A stretch of 64,000 bases of DNA from an uncultured Verrucomicrobiae bacterium (GTDB taxonomy: Bacteria > Verrucomicrobiota > Verrucomicrobiia > Limisphaerales > Palsa-1400), in assembly GCA_963764165.1 (NCBI GenBank), contig CAVXRD010000002.1, positions 1,376,001 through 1,440,000 of the forward strand. The letters run 5' to 3'. Positions 28,935 through 38,526 of the stretch are shown piece by piece. Made by a program: the position numbers and the translations under genes. The notes under the pieces are model-generated. The model was not told the origin of the DNA and made no database searches. It saw only the letters and a program-made list of their open reading frames with translations. Within the stretch, counting starts at the first letter, position 1; every line of letters begins with the position of its first letter.

Positions 28935-29867
28935 TTAAGGCACCGCGCTGCCGCCGCTGGCGACATTGCTCTTCTCAAACAAACGAGTGCCAAGCACTAT
29001 CTTTTGCGGAACTTTCTCGCCGTGGAAAATTTTCAGTGCGGTCTCGATGGCTTCATCGCCGCCCGTTGGATAACGGAATGTGGCGTCCAAAATCCCCTGC
29101 GCAACATAAGCCACGCCTTCCTGCGGCAGCCCATCGATGCCAACGAAAATGATGCCATCGCGGCCGGCTGCTTTGGCCGCGAGGTAGGCGCCATGCGCGC
29201 CGGGATCGTTGTGGCCATAGACGGCGTCGATGTGATCGAAACGGGCGAGGGCGGATTCCATTTCTTTTCGCGAGTCCGGCTCAAGCCATTTCATGTCAGC
29301 CTCGAAAACAACTTCAAGTCCGGAGCCGGCAATGCCTTCGCGGAAGCCGGTGTGGCGATCCTGTCCCGGGATCGATGTCATCAGCCCCTTCAGTTCCACA
29401 ATCTTCCCTTTGCCGCCAAGCTTTTTGACAAGCCATTCGCCGGCCGCCCTGCCGATCTTCTTGTTGTCAGCGCCGATGAAGCAGGTGAATTTGTCGCCGA
29501 GCACCGCGCGATCAAGCACTATGACCGGGATGCCAGCTTCGAAGGCGCGGGCAACGGGTTCGGTCAGCGGTTGTGCTTCTTTTGGACTGATGATGAGCAA
29601 ATCCACTTTCGCGCTCACGAATTCTTCAACTTGACTGCGTTGCTTCAAGGTATCGTTTTGAGCGTCCTTGAAAATGACCTTGAGATCGGGATGCTTGGCG
29701 GCGGCGGCGCGGATGTCCGCGTTCATTTGCACGCGCCAAGGTTCGCCCAGGTTGCATTGCGACATGCCGATAGTGAAGGTGCGGGCACTGGATTGTCCGC
29801 GGCTGGTGGCGATGAATAACGTGGCCGCCGCCATCGCGAGCGTCGCGAGAAATGTTGCGCGTTTCAT
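28935..29867 (-). CDS. sugar ABC transporter substrate-binding protein (RbsB-like)
   Basis: EPWR, GIPVIVLDR, IGADN, HND, VGIDG. Confidence 0.92.
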   Translation of the reverse strand: MKRATFLATLAMAAATLFIATSRGQSSARTFTIGMSQCNLGEPWRVQMNADIRAAAAKHPDLKVIFKDAQNDTLKQRSQVEEFVSAKVDLLIISPKEAQPLTEPVARAFEAGIPVIVLDRAVLGDKFTCFIGADNKKIGRAAGEWLVKKLGGKGKIVELKGLMTSIPGQDRHTGFREGIAGSGLEVVFEADMKWLEPDSRKEMESALARFDHIDAVYGHNDPGAHGAYLAAKAAGRDGIIFVGIDGLPQEGVAYVAQGILDATFRYPTGGDEAIETALKIFHGEKVPQKIVLGTRLFEKSNVASGGSAVP

Positions 29868-29874
29868 AATGAAT

Positions 29875-30864
29875 CTACGTTCGCCCCCGCCGCTGAGTCA
29901 GGACTGCGGCGACAATAATAATTCCTGTCAGCACAAGACGGCCAGCCTCCGGCACGGCGTTGATGCTGAGGATTTTTTCGAGGTAACCGATAGTCAGGAC
30001 GCCGAGCAACGTCAATCCGATTCCGCCGCGCCCGCCTGCCAGACTGGTGCCGCCGAGGACGACCATCGCAATGGCGGTCAGCTCGTAGCCCGCCCCGGCT
30101 TCCGGATCGCCTTGCTGCTCCTGCGCGGCCTGGCACAGTCCGGCCACGGCGGCGAACAGGCCGGAGGCCGCATACGCGCAAACTTTCGCGCCGACCACCG
30201 GCACGCCCGAAAGGCGCGCGGCTTCCTCGTTGCCGCCAATCGCGTAGAGGTAGCGGCCCCAGCGGTGCCGCGATAGCGCAAGCCACGAGACAATCACGCA
30301 GGCTAGAAATATAATTGTCACGACCGAGACATTGTCATGAAGAATCCGACCGTCGATTTTTTTGAAGAGCGCCGGAACGTCCACATATTTATACGAGCCG
30401 TCCGCGTTTTGGATGGCGGTGGAAATTTTCATGCCGCCGGATGCGTATTTTGCCAGTCCCCGGGCGAGTACCATCATCGACAAAGTTGCGATGAACGGTT
30501 GCACGCGGAGGCGTGCCGTGACGAAGCCGGAGATTGCGCCGCACAACATGCCGACCGCCAGGCAAGCTGGAATCGCTTCCCAACCCGGCCAGCCCCAGTG
30601 AATCGCCATTTTTGCCGAGCAAACGGCGGCGAGCGCCAGCAGGCTGCCGACCGCAAGATCAATGCCGCCGGAGACGATGACGAGCGTCATGCCGCAGGCG
30701 AGCATTCCGTAAACGGACGCCTGGCGGAACGTATCGCGGTGCGTGCCGAGTTTGAAAAACGCGCCGTCCGCGTTGAAAATCGCTCCCGCGCAAATGACCA
30801 GCAGCAGCGCGAGGAATGCGCGCGCGGCGGGCTTGGCCAAGGCCGATTTCCAGCGGGATGTCAT
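29875..30864 (-). CDS. sugar ABC transporter permease (RbsC-like)
   Basis: GGIDLAVGS, PFIATL, AIGGNEEAARLSG, YELTAIAMVVLGGTSLAGG. Confidence 0.94.
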   Translation of the reverse strand: MTSRWKSALAKPAARAFLALLLVICAGAIFNADGAFFKLGTHRDTFRQASVYGMLACGMTLVIVSGGIDLAVGSLLALAAVCSAKMAIHWGWPGWEAIPACLAVGMLCGAISGFVTARLRVQPFIATLSMMVLARGLAKYASGGMKISTAIQNADGSYKYVDVPALFKKIDGRILHDNVSVVTIIFLACVIVSWLALSRHRWGRYLYAIGGNEEAARLSGVPVVGAKVCAYAASGLFAAVAGLCQAAQEQQGDPEAGAGYELTAIAMVVLGGTSLAGGRGGIGLTLLGVLTIGYLEKILSINAVPEAGRLVLTGIIIVAAVLTQRRGRT

Positions 30865-32384
30865 GTGGCTTCAGTTTGTCCCATCGCCGCAGCCAAAATC
30901 GAGGCTGGAGTGGCTGCGGCGCGAGCGAATTCCGCGGTCAATTTGCCGCGATGGAGCACAGCGATGCGGTCGCTCAGCGTCAACAATTCGGGCATTTCCG
31001 ACGTGATCAAAATGATGGCCATGCCTTCATGCGTCCACTGTTCGATAAGTTGGTAAATCTCTCGTTTCGCGGCGACGTCTATGCCACGAGTCGGTTCATC
31101 GAGGAGCAGAACCTTCGGCTTGATTTGCAGCCATTTTGCCAGCGCGACTTTTTGCTGGTTGCCGCCGGACAGCGCGCCGACTTCCAAATCCAGCGAAGCG
31201 GCGCGAAGGCGCATTGGAACTGTGGTGGCTTGGGCAGCGGCAAGTTCACGCGCGGGACTGCGCCAGCCCGCAGGGGAAAGGCTGCGCAGGCTGGCCAGCG
31301 TGGCATTGGCGATGATGGACATGGAGAGAACGAGGCCGGTGGCTTTGCGATCGTTTGTCAGCAGTGCGACGCCAGATTCAATCGACTCTCGCGGAGTTGT
31401 GAATTTGTGTTCGATATTTTCCAGCAACATCCGGCCCTTCGTTTTCGCGCCGTATGCGCCGAACAGGCCGAGTAAAAGTTCGCTTGCACCCGAGCCTTGC
31501 AGGCCCGCCAATCCCAACACTTCTCCCGCGCGAACGCGGAGCGAGATATTGTCGGCGGCGGGCCGGGCGGCAAAGCCGCTTGGGAACACGCTGAAGCTTT
31601 CCAACCGCAATCGCTCGGGGCCGAGACTCGGCGCTCGTTTGGGAAACTGCTCGCCTAATTCCCGCCCGACCATCCAATGAATCAATTTGTCCTGCGGCAA
31701 ATCGCACGCGGGCGCGGTGCCGACCCATTGGCCATCGCGCAGCACGGTGATGCGGTCGGCGATGCGCGCTATTTCGTCCATTTTGTGGGTGATGTAAATG
31801 ATGCAGCAGCCGCGCTCCTCGAGAGTTTGAATGAGCGCAAAAAGCTTGGCGACCTCGGGCGCGTTGAGCGCGCTGGTCGGTTCGTCCATCACGATGACGC
31901 GCGCGTTTTGGCTGAGCGCCTTGGCGATTTCAATGAGCTGTTGAATCGCGACCGGAAAGCGCTCGACCGGCTGAGTCACGTCAAGGTCGAGGCCAAGCTG
32001 GCCGATCCAATGACGCGCATCTTCATTCTGTTTGGCGTCAAGAACAAAGCCGGATTTCGCGGGTGAGCGGCCGAGAAATAAATTGTCGGCCACGCTCATG
32101 GGGCCGATGAGCGATAGTTCCTGGTGAATGACGGCGAACCCGAGCGCATTGGCATCCAATGGCGAACGGGGGCAGACGAGTTTGCCGTCCAGTTCAATCG
32201 TTCCTTCGAAATCGGTGTGGATGCCAGCGAGAATTTTGATGAGCGTGCTTTTTCCCGCGCCGTTTTCGCCAGCCAGGATGTGAACTTCTCCCGCGCGGCC
32301 CTCGAGTTGGACATCGCGCAAAACGGTCACTGCTCCGAAGCGTTTCGTGATTCCAGTCAAACGAACAAGCGCTGGTGTTTCCAT
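30861..32384 (-). CDS. sugar ABC transporter ATP-binding protein (RbsA-like)
   Basis: GENGAGKSTL, MDEPTSAL, LSGGNQQK, LDEPTRGIDV. Confidence 0.95.
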   Translation of the reverse strand: METPALVRLTGITKRFGAVTVLRDVQLEGRAGEVHILAGENGAGKSTLIKILAGIHTDFEGTIELDGKLVCPRSPLDANALGFAVIHQELSLIGPMSVADNLFLGRSPAKSGFVLDAKQNEDARHWIGQLGLDLDVTQPVERFPVAIQQLIEIAKALSQNARVIVMDEPTSALNAPEVAKLFALIQTLEERGCCIIYITHKMDEIARIADRITVLRDGQWVGTAPACDLPQDKLIHWMVGRELGEQFPKRAPSLGPERLRLESFSVFPSGFAARPAADNISLRVRAGEVLGLAGLQGSGASELLLGLFGAYGAKTKGRMLLENIEHKFTTPRESIESGVALLTNDRKATGLVLSMSIIANATLASLRSLSPAGWRSPARELAAAQATTVPMRLRAASLDLEVGALSGGNQQKVALAKWLQIKPKVLLLDEPTRGIDVAAKREIYQLIEQWTHEGMAIILITSEMPELLTLSDRIAVLHRGKLTAEFARAAATPASILAAAMGQTEAT

Positions 32385-32395
32385 TCAGGCGCAAA

Positions 32396-33229
32396 TCAAG
32401 GCAGGAGCTTGAGGTAGGCGGAATACAATTTCCGCACCAACGGCGAGCGGCGTGTCTTTTTGCCGTTGATCGACTCGACTTCGACAACGCCCATCGAAGT
32501 ATTAGTCAGGAAAACCGCGTCCGCATTGTCTAAGTCAGCCGGTCGCGCTTTCTTTTCTTGAAAGCGAAAGTTCATCGCTTCGCATATTTCGCAAATCGCC
32601 GCGCGCGTAATTCCGGGAAGAGCGCCACTGGCCAGAGGCGTTGTGCATACGGCGCCGTCCTTTATCCAGAAAACATTGCAACTCGTTCCTTCCGCGATTT
32701 GTCCGCGCGGGTTGAGAAGTATGGCGTCGTTCGCACCCGCAGCATCCGCTTCAGCGCGGGCCATGACTTCGGGTAATTTGTTTGCGGTCTTAAAACTAGT
32801 CAGCGGATCGTCGGCGGGGAGGCAAAACTTGGAAATGATCACCTTCCAGCGCGCGGGCTTTTTGGGATCGAGAACCGGGGCAGGGTGCAGCGTGATAACG
32901 GTAGCGGGCTGGGTGGCGTTCCTCGGCGAGTAGCCGCGGGCCGTGATGCCGCGCGACACATTGATGCGCAGCAAACATTCCGGCATTTGATTTCGCTCGA
33001 TCAGTTCCATGGAATGCTCAAAAAGCTGCTCGTGCGAGTAGGGCGCTGTCAACTTTAGAAAATCCACGCCGCTTTGAAGCCTTTCCATGTGCTGCTCCCA
33101 GCGGAAAATTTTCCCGCGCCGCACCAGCATCGCCTCGAAAAGTCCGTCGCCAAAAAGAAAGCCGCGGTCCAGCACGGAGACGGTCGCCTTCTCCTCGGGC
33201 ACAAATTTTCCGTTGAGAAATACAATCAT
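32396..33229 (-). CDS. class IV aminotransferase / aminodeoxychorismate lyase-like
   Basis: DRGFLFGDGLFE, EGTSCNVF, LPGITR; adjacent to pabB. Confidence 0.9.
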   Translation of the reverse strand: MIVFLNGKFVPEEKATVSVLDRGFLFGDGLFEAMLVRRGKIFRWEQHMERLQSGVDFLKLTAPYSHEQLFEHSMELIERNQMPECLLRINVSRGITARGYSPRNATQPATVITLHPAPVLDPKKPARWKVIISKFCLPADDPLTSFKTANKLPEVMARAEADAAGANDAILLNPRGQIAEGTSCNVFWIKDGAVCTTPLASGALPGITRAAICEICEAMNFRFQEKKARPADLDNADAVFLTNTSMGVVEVESINGKKTRRSPLVRKLYSAYLKLLP

Positions 33230-34638
33230 GCGTTTGCGTGACGCCGCGATGAGGCGGAAAGCGACGCCAGAAATCCGGCGGCTTTGGCCATCGTTTCGTC
33301 GAATTCAAATTCGGGAACGGAATCCGCCACGATGCCCGCGCCAACTTGAAAATGAATTTCGCCCTGCCGGCAGATTGCGGTGCGGATGGCGATGTTTAGC
33401 TGACTCTCGCGATTAAACCCAAGGTAGCCGATGGCGCCGGTGTAGGGGCCGCGCGTCGTCGGCTCCAATTCGTCGATGATTTCCATCGCGCGAATCTTGG
33501 GTGCGCCGGTGATGCTGCCGCCAGGAAAGCACGACGCGAAGGCGGAGAAATGCGTCTGATCCTCGCGCAATTGTCCGGTCACGGTGGAGACGAGATGCTG
33601 CACTTGCGGATAGCGCTCGAGACGAACCAACTCGGGGACTTGCACGGAGCCGAACTCGCAGACCTTGCCGAGATCGTTGCGCAGCAAATCGGTGATCATG
33701 ACCAGTTCCGCCATTTCCTTGGCGCTGGTTTGCAATTCGTAGGTCAATTGCGCGTCGCGTGTTGGGTCCTGCGCGCGCGGGCGGGTGCCTTTGATCGGGC
33801 GCGTCTGAACCGAGGCGCCGCTGAACCGCAGAAACATCTCAGGGGACGAGGAGCACAACTGAAAGTCCCCACAGTCGATGTAAGCTGAAAACGGCGCGGG
33901 CGAAACGTCGGACAAACGCTGGAAAAAATTCCAGCCCTCCGCGTTCGTTCTTGCGGTGAGCCGATGGGAGAGATTGACCTGGTAAATATCTCCCGCGCGA
34001 ATGTATTTTTGCGCGCGGCGGACTTTTTCAACAAACTCCAGCCGGGTCATCGTCGAGCGGACTTCGGCTGCGTCGGACGGAGCGGGAGATATGGAGTGCG
34101 ACGGCGCGGCGGCCATTCGCGCCGACCAAAATTCAAGCTGCCCGGCGGCGCGGCGCGCATCGCGCGAACCATCCGGCTGCAGGCCCGTTGAGACAATCCA
34201 CGTTTTGTCAAGATGATGATCGAATACGACCAGGCTGTCGTAGAAACCGGCGTGGCAATCGGGCAGATCAAGGTCGTTGACGGCTGCGCGCAGCAAACGC
34301 GGCTCGACAAAATTTTTCAAGTCGTATCCCCAGAAACCGAAACAGCCGCCCAGCGGAAACGGCAAATCAATCTCATCGAGCATCTCGTAGCGCGACATCA
34401 ATTCCTCCAGCGCATGCCAGGGATTGCCGAAACGCGGCCCACCCGGGCCTGAAAATTCGCAGCGCGAGCCGAAGGAGCGAAAAACGAGAAACGGCCGCGC
34501 CGCCACCAGCGAATATCGCGATTGCGCCGAGTGAAATCCGCCGCTGCGCAGGAGAACGACTCCGCGCTCGCCCGCCAGTTGCTCCACCAGCGATTCAGGA
34601 GTGTGCGGAGTCTGGACCAGTTGGAGAATGGGGCGCAT
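33226..34638 (-). CDS. pabB: aminodeoxychorismate synthase component I
   Basis: GDIYQVNLS, SSSPEMFL, RPIKGTRPR, MITDLLRNDLG, FPGGSITGAPK, GAGIVADS. Confidence 0.9.
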   Translation of the reverse strand: MRPILQLVQTPHTPESLVEQLAGERGVVLLRSGGFHSAQSRYSLVAARPFLVFRSFGSRCEFSGPGGPRFGNPWHALEELMSRYEMLDEIDLPFPLGGCFGFWGYDLKNFVEPRLLRAAVNDLDLPDCHAGFYDSLVVFDHHLDKTWIVSTGLQPDGSRDARRAAGQLEFWSARMAAAPSHSISPAPSDAAEVRSTMTRLEFVEKVRRAQKYIRAGDIYQVNLSHRLTARTNAEGWNFFQRLSDVSPAPFSAYIDCGDFQLCSSSPEMFLRFSGASVQTRPIKGTRPRAQDPTRDAQLTYELQTSAKEMAELVMITDLLRNDLGKVCEFGSVQVPELVRLERYPQVQHLVSTVTGQLREDQTHFSAFASCFPGGSITGAPKIRAMEIIDELEPTTRGPYTGAIGYLGFNRESQLNIAIRTAICRQGEIHFQVGAGIVADSVPEFEFDETMAKAAGFLASLSASSRRHANA

Positions 34639-34641
34639 GCA

Positions 34642-35934
34642 TCAGGCAGCGAGCAGTTTCTCGAGGGGCCCGGCGGATTTCAGCGGGCTGACCAGCGCGA
34701 GATTGTAGCGATCCGGCCGGAAAAAATCACGCGCCGCTGATCGAATCTGCCCGGCGGTGACCTCGCTCAAGCCGCGTTTCACTTCGTCGGGATGATGGAT
34801 TTTTCCGTAGCCGAGCCATTGCTCTCCCGCCCACATCATTTGATTCTCGCTGTTTTCCAAGCCCAGGTCGAGCTGGCCCAGCAAATAGTCGCGAGCGCGT
34901 TTCAATTCCGCCGCCGGCACAACCTGGTTCGTCAATCGCTTCATTTCCGTCAGTATCAAGCCGAGCGCCTTTTCGGTTTTGTCCGTGTCCAATCCCGCCG
35001 CGATGACGAGATCGCCGGCATCGTCAAAAAAACTTCCCGCGCTGTAAATAGAATAGGCCATGCCATGGTCTTCGCGAACGGTTTGAAAAAGCCTCGAACT
35101 CATGTTCTCGCCCAGAATGGCATTGAGCACCCGCATCGCAAAGCGCCGTTCGTCGTGGCGCGAACACGCGCGGACGCCGAGCGCAATTTGTGTTTGCTCC
35201 GTCTTCTTGGTCAGCAAGCGCACGGATGGTTTTGCCTGCGTCGACACCGCGGCAGCGCAGCACGGGCGCGCGCCACGGGCGAATTTCCGCGAGTATTTCG
35301 AAACCGCCTTCACCGCTTCGCCATGCGTGATGCGTCCACCGATGGCCACCAAAACGGCGGGCGCGACGTAATTTTGCCGGAGATATTCCACAAGCTGTTC
35401 GCGCTTGAGGGCGTCGAGCGTTTTCTTCGTTCCGGTGATGGAGCGGCCCAGCGGCTGATCGGGCCACATTGTCGCGTTCAGCAATTCCTGGACGTATTGC
35501 TGGGGCTGGTCGATATACATGGCCAGCTCCTCCTTGATGACTTCGCGCTCCTTGTCGATCTCGATGGGATCAAAGGTCGAGTGCAAAAACATGTCGGTGA
35601 GCACTTCGAGCAAACGGCCAAATTGATCATGGCGCGCCTTGGCATAAAAGCAGGTGTGCTCCTCGCTCGTGAATGCGTTGAGATAGCCGCCGACGCCCTC
35701 GACTGCCTGGGAGATTTCGCGGGCCGTCCGCTTCTTGGTGCCTTTGAAAAGCAGGTGCTCGATGAAGTGCGACGCGCCGCTCCACGGCGCCGGCTCGTAG
35801 CGCCCTCCCACGCCCACCCAAATGCCAACGCTGACGCTGGGGCTGTGCGGCATTTCCGCCGTGGCCACCGTCAAACCATTTTCCAACCGCGTAACTTGGT
35901 ACATGCCTTGATTTCGCCTTTCCCTGCCCAACAT
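34642..35934 (-). CDS. M16 family (pitrilysin-like) zinc peptidase
   Basis: HFIEHLLFKGT, LNAFTSEE, SSRLFQTVRE. Confidence 0.94.
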   Translation of the reverse strand: MLGRERRNQGMYQVTRLENGLTVATAEMPHSPSVSVGIWVGVGGRYEPAPWSGASHFIEHLLFKGTKKRTAREISQAVEGVGGYLNAFTSEEHTCFYAKARHDQFGRLLEVLTDMFLHSTFDPIEIDKEREVIKEELAMYIDQPQQYVQELLNATMWPDQPLGRSITGTKKTLDALKREQLVEYLRQNYVAPAVLVAIGGRITHGEAVKAVSKYSRKFARGARPCCAAAVSTQAKPSVRLLTKKTEQTQIALGVRACSRHDERRFAMRVLNAILGENMSSRLFQTVREDHGMAYSIYSAGSFFDDAGDLVIAAGLDTDKTEKALGLILTEMKRLTNQVVPAAELKRARDYLLGQLDLGLENSENQMMWAGEQWLGYGKIHHPDEVKRGLSEVTAGQIRSAARDFFRPDRYNLALVSPLKSAGPLEKLLAA

Positions 35935-36614
35935 TAACCCAAAGCGCGGGGAATGACATCGGGCGGCCCCGTTTCTTTCATATAGGCCAGGATCCGCTCC
36001 ACCACTTCATGGGGATCGTCAGTCAAGAGGAATAAATCAAGGTCGTGGGGGCTGATCGTCTTGTTCTTGACGAGGGTGGCCTTCATCCAGCGAATCAATC
36101 CGCTCCAATATTCGCGCCCAAACAAAATCAGCGGGAAGCGCGGGATGCGCTGTGTTTGCACCAGCGTCAGCACTTCAAAAAATTCGTCCAGCGTGCCGTA
36201 TCCGCCCGGCATGTAAATGAAAGCGATGCTATACTTGACGAAACAAACTTTGCGGGAAAAAAAGTAATGGAACCGCAGCGGGATATTCGCGAAATGATTT
36301 CCCTTTTGCTCGAACGGGAGTTCGATATTCAGACCGACGGATTTTCCTTTTCCCTTGGCGGCGCCGTGATTGGCGGCGGCCATGATGCCCGGCCCGCCGC
36401 CGGTGATGACGGCCAGTTTATGGTGGGCCAGATCCTTGGCGATTGCCATTGCCGCGATGTAATAAGGGTCCGTGGGCGGCGTTCGAGCTGAACCGAAGAT
36501 GGTCACGGCCGGCCCGACTTGCGACATCGTCTCAAACGAATCGACAAATTCCGACATGATGCGGAAAATCCGCCAGGGATCTTCCTTCGTGAAGCCGGTA
36601 GTGTTGTTCAGCAT
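35934..36614 (-). CDS. LOG family Rossmann-fold protein
   Basis: FGSAR, TGGGPGIM, FFSRK, PGGYGTLDE. Confidence 0.93.
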   Translation of the reverse strand: MLNNTTGFTKEDPWRIFRIMSEFVDSFETMSQVGPAVTIFGSARTPPTDPYYIAAMAIAKDLAHHKLAVITGGGPGIMAAANHGAAKGKGKSVGLNIELPFEQKGNHFANIPLRFHYFFSRKVCFVKYSIAFIYMPGGYGTLDEFFEVLTLVQTQRIPRFPLILFGREYWSGLIRWMKATLVKNKTISPHDLDLFLLTDDPHEVVERILAYMKETGPPDVIPRALG

Positions 36615-36665
36615 GCCCGCTTATTTAGAACTCGCAGGGGCCAGACCGCAAGGGGGATTCTTGAG

Positions 36666-36775
36666 GGCAGGGACCTCTCGCCGGGGCGTCCGCCTTTGCG
36701 CGTGGATAATGCCTCCCCGGACGCCTCGGCCCACCTTCGCTAAAGCTTCGGCGCGGTGAACGAGGCGTCCCTACC
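36666..36775. repeat. family-A REPIN with ~32-nt insertion in the right REP loop
   Basis: GGCAGGGACCTCTCGCCGGGGCGTCC ... GGACGCCTCG[36729-36760]CGAGGCGTCCCTACC. Confidence 0.85.
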
Positions 36776-36782
36776 TCTCCCT

Positions 36783-37475
36783 CTATTCGCCGCGGATCCG
36801 GATGGCTGTATGCACCAATTCGTTGGCGTCCTTGAGATTGAGCTTTTCTTTGATGTGCGCGCGGTGCGATTCGATCGTCTTGACGCTGAGGTGCAATTGC
36901 TCGGCGATTTGCCGGGTTCCTTTGCCCTGGCCAATCAAGCCGAAGACTTCCAGTTCGCGGTCGCTGAGGCGTTCCATGGACGAGCCGATTTCCGTGGCCT
37001 TGCCGCCCACCAATTGCGACATCAGCTTGGATCCCATGCGCTCGCTCAAATAAACGCCGCCTGTCAAAACCTGGCGCATCGCGCCGAGCACCTTGTCGCT
37101 GGCCTCCTGCTTCATGATATAGCCCGCCGCCCCGGCGCGAAGGACGCGCTCCGCGTAAAGAGTCTCGTCATGCATCGAGAGGACGAGGATGCGGAGCTTT
37201 GGATAGGTCGCGCGGCAATTCTTGACAAATTCCAGCCCGCTGCTGCCCTTAAGCGAGAGATCGACCACGGCCAAATCCGGCAAAAGAACTGGGATGGAGG
37301 CAAACGCCTTGGCGGCGTCTTCCTGCTGGCCGCAGACGACCATATCAGGCTCGTGGTTGATCAATTGCGCCAGCCCTTCGCGCATCACTGGATGGTCGTC
37401 GACCAGCAAAATTTTTCTCCGCTTGTCCGGAACGGTGGGGCTGCCGTCTTTTTTTTGTGACAATGCGTTCTTCAT
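36783..37475 (-). CDS. NarL/LuxR family response regulator
   Basis: LLVDDHPVMREG, VVDLSL, GYIMK, LSDRELEV...LSVKTIESHR. Confidence 0.95.
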   Translation of the reverse strand: MKNALSQKKDGSPTVPDKRRKILLVDDHPVMREGLAQLINHEPDMVVCGQQEDAAKAFASIPVLLPDLAVVDLSLKGSSGLEFVKNCRATYPKLRILVLSMHDETLYAERVLRAGAAGYIMKQEASDKVLGAMRQVLTGGVYLSERMGSKLMSQLVGGKATEIGSSMERLSDRELEVFGLIGQGKGTRQIAEQLHLSVKTIESHRAHIKEKLNLKDANELVHTAIRIRGE

Positions 37476-37603
37476 GGCGCGTCGTTTTTGGCTGCGTATG
37501 TGTTTACAGGATGGGGGTCTTGGCTGCAACCAAAACCGGTCATCCGGCGCTCACGACCGGCAGAAAGATATTGTCACAGGCGGCGCGGCCTTGTCCATCT
37601 ATA

Positions 37604-38410
37604 TCAGTTGCGGATCTTTCCGTTATAGAAGTCGGACTGCAAGCTGGCGACTTTCGCGCCGAGACGCTTGAAATTGGCGGATTTCGGAGCGATCCAGCAT
37701 GTCCACCCGGGGCGGGTTGGAAATTTCTGGATGGCGTCGAACAGAATTTTCACGCCGTCGGCGGGAAGCGCGAGCTTGAGAGCATTCACAACGCCCGCCT
37801 TGACGGCCGTGTCCCATTCGCCTTTCGTCAGCAAATCTTTATACACCCGCGGATCGTCGGAGCTTATTTTTGGGAGGTACTTCCGGCAGTGCCCTTCGTA
37901 ATGGTGCGCCATGTTCATGGCGAGGATCATTCCTGTCATTCCAGCAAAGTAACCGGCTTGGTCGGCCATAATATCCTCTGTCCAGAATTTTTCACCCACG
38001 ATGGGAGGTGGAGCCGCAGCCGGGTCCGCACCATAAGCCGCAGCCAGCTTCGCGACGTAATTTGTGAAAAAGCCCGGCTGCGCTTTTTCGATGGCTTGCG
38101 CATGGCAGAGGTGGTTTGCGAGGTCGATCAGGCCCTCGGAAATTTCCACATGGCGCTCATTCCGGTGTTCTGGCAAGAGCGGGACTGGCGTGATGATCGG
38201 AGTGTTTTGCTTGATCACCACCACCGGATTCTCGTCGATATTGGTGCGTTCCGTGTCAGAAAGGAGCTCGCGCAACTGTGAGCCGAGCTGGATGACTGCG
38301 GCTGCGCCATTGGTGTAGGTTTGGCTGGAGTTGGTGGCCTGGCCTCTCGCCGCATTCACAGCGGCAAGGCACACCATGGCTGTCATGACCAGATGAGGAA
38401 GGGGTTTCAT
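37604..38410 (-). CDS. secreted M48-peptidase-like protein lacking HExxH
   Basis: Signal peptide; VEISEGLI and ILAMNMAHHYEGH; paralog of the next gene; start 38410 preferred over 38512. Confidence 0.6.
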   Translation of the reverse strand: MKPLPHLVMTAMVCLAAVNAARGQATNSSQTYTNGAAAVIQLGSQLRELLSDTERTNIDENPVVVIKQNTPIITPVPLLPEHRNERHVEISEGLIDLANHLCHAQAIEKAQPGFFTNYVAKLAAAYGADPAAAPPPIVGEKFWTEDIMADQAGYFAGMTGMILAMNMAHHYEGHCRKYLPKISSDDPRVYKDLLTKGEWDTAVKAGVVNALKLALPADGVKILFDAIQKFPTRPGWTCWIAPKSANFKRLGAKVASLQSDFYNGKIRN

Positions 38411-38526
38411 GGTTGCAATTCTGCCCGACGAAGAGTGGCACGAAACCAAGATTGAAGACAATACTAAAATTAAAGAAAAATATAAATGACTGGAATGCTT
38501 GCAAATCGGCACGGTGGCGCGTTCGC

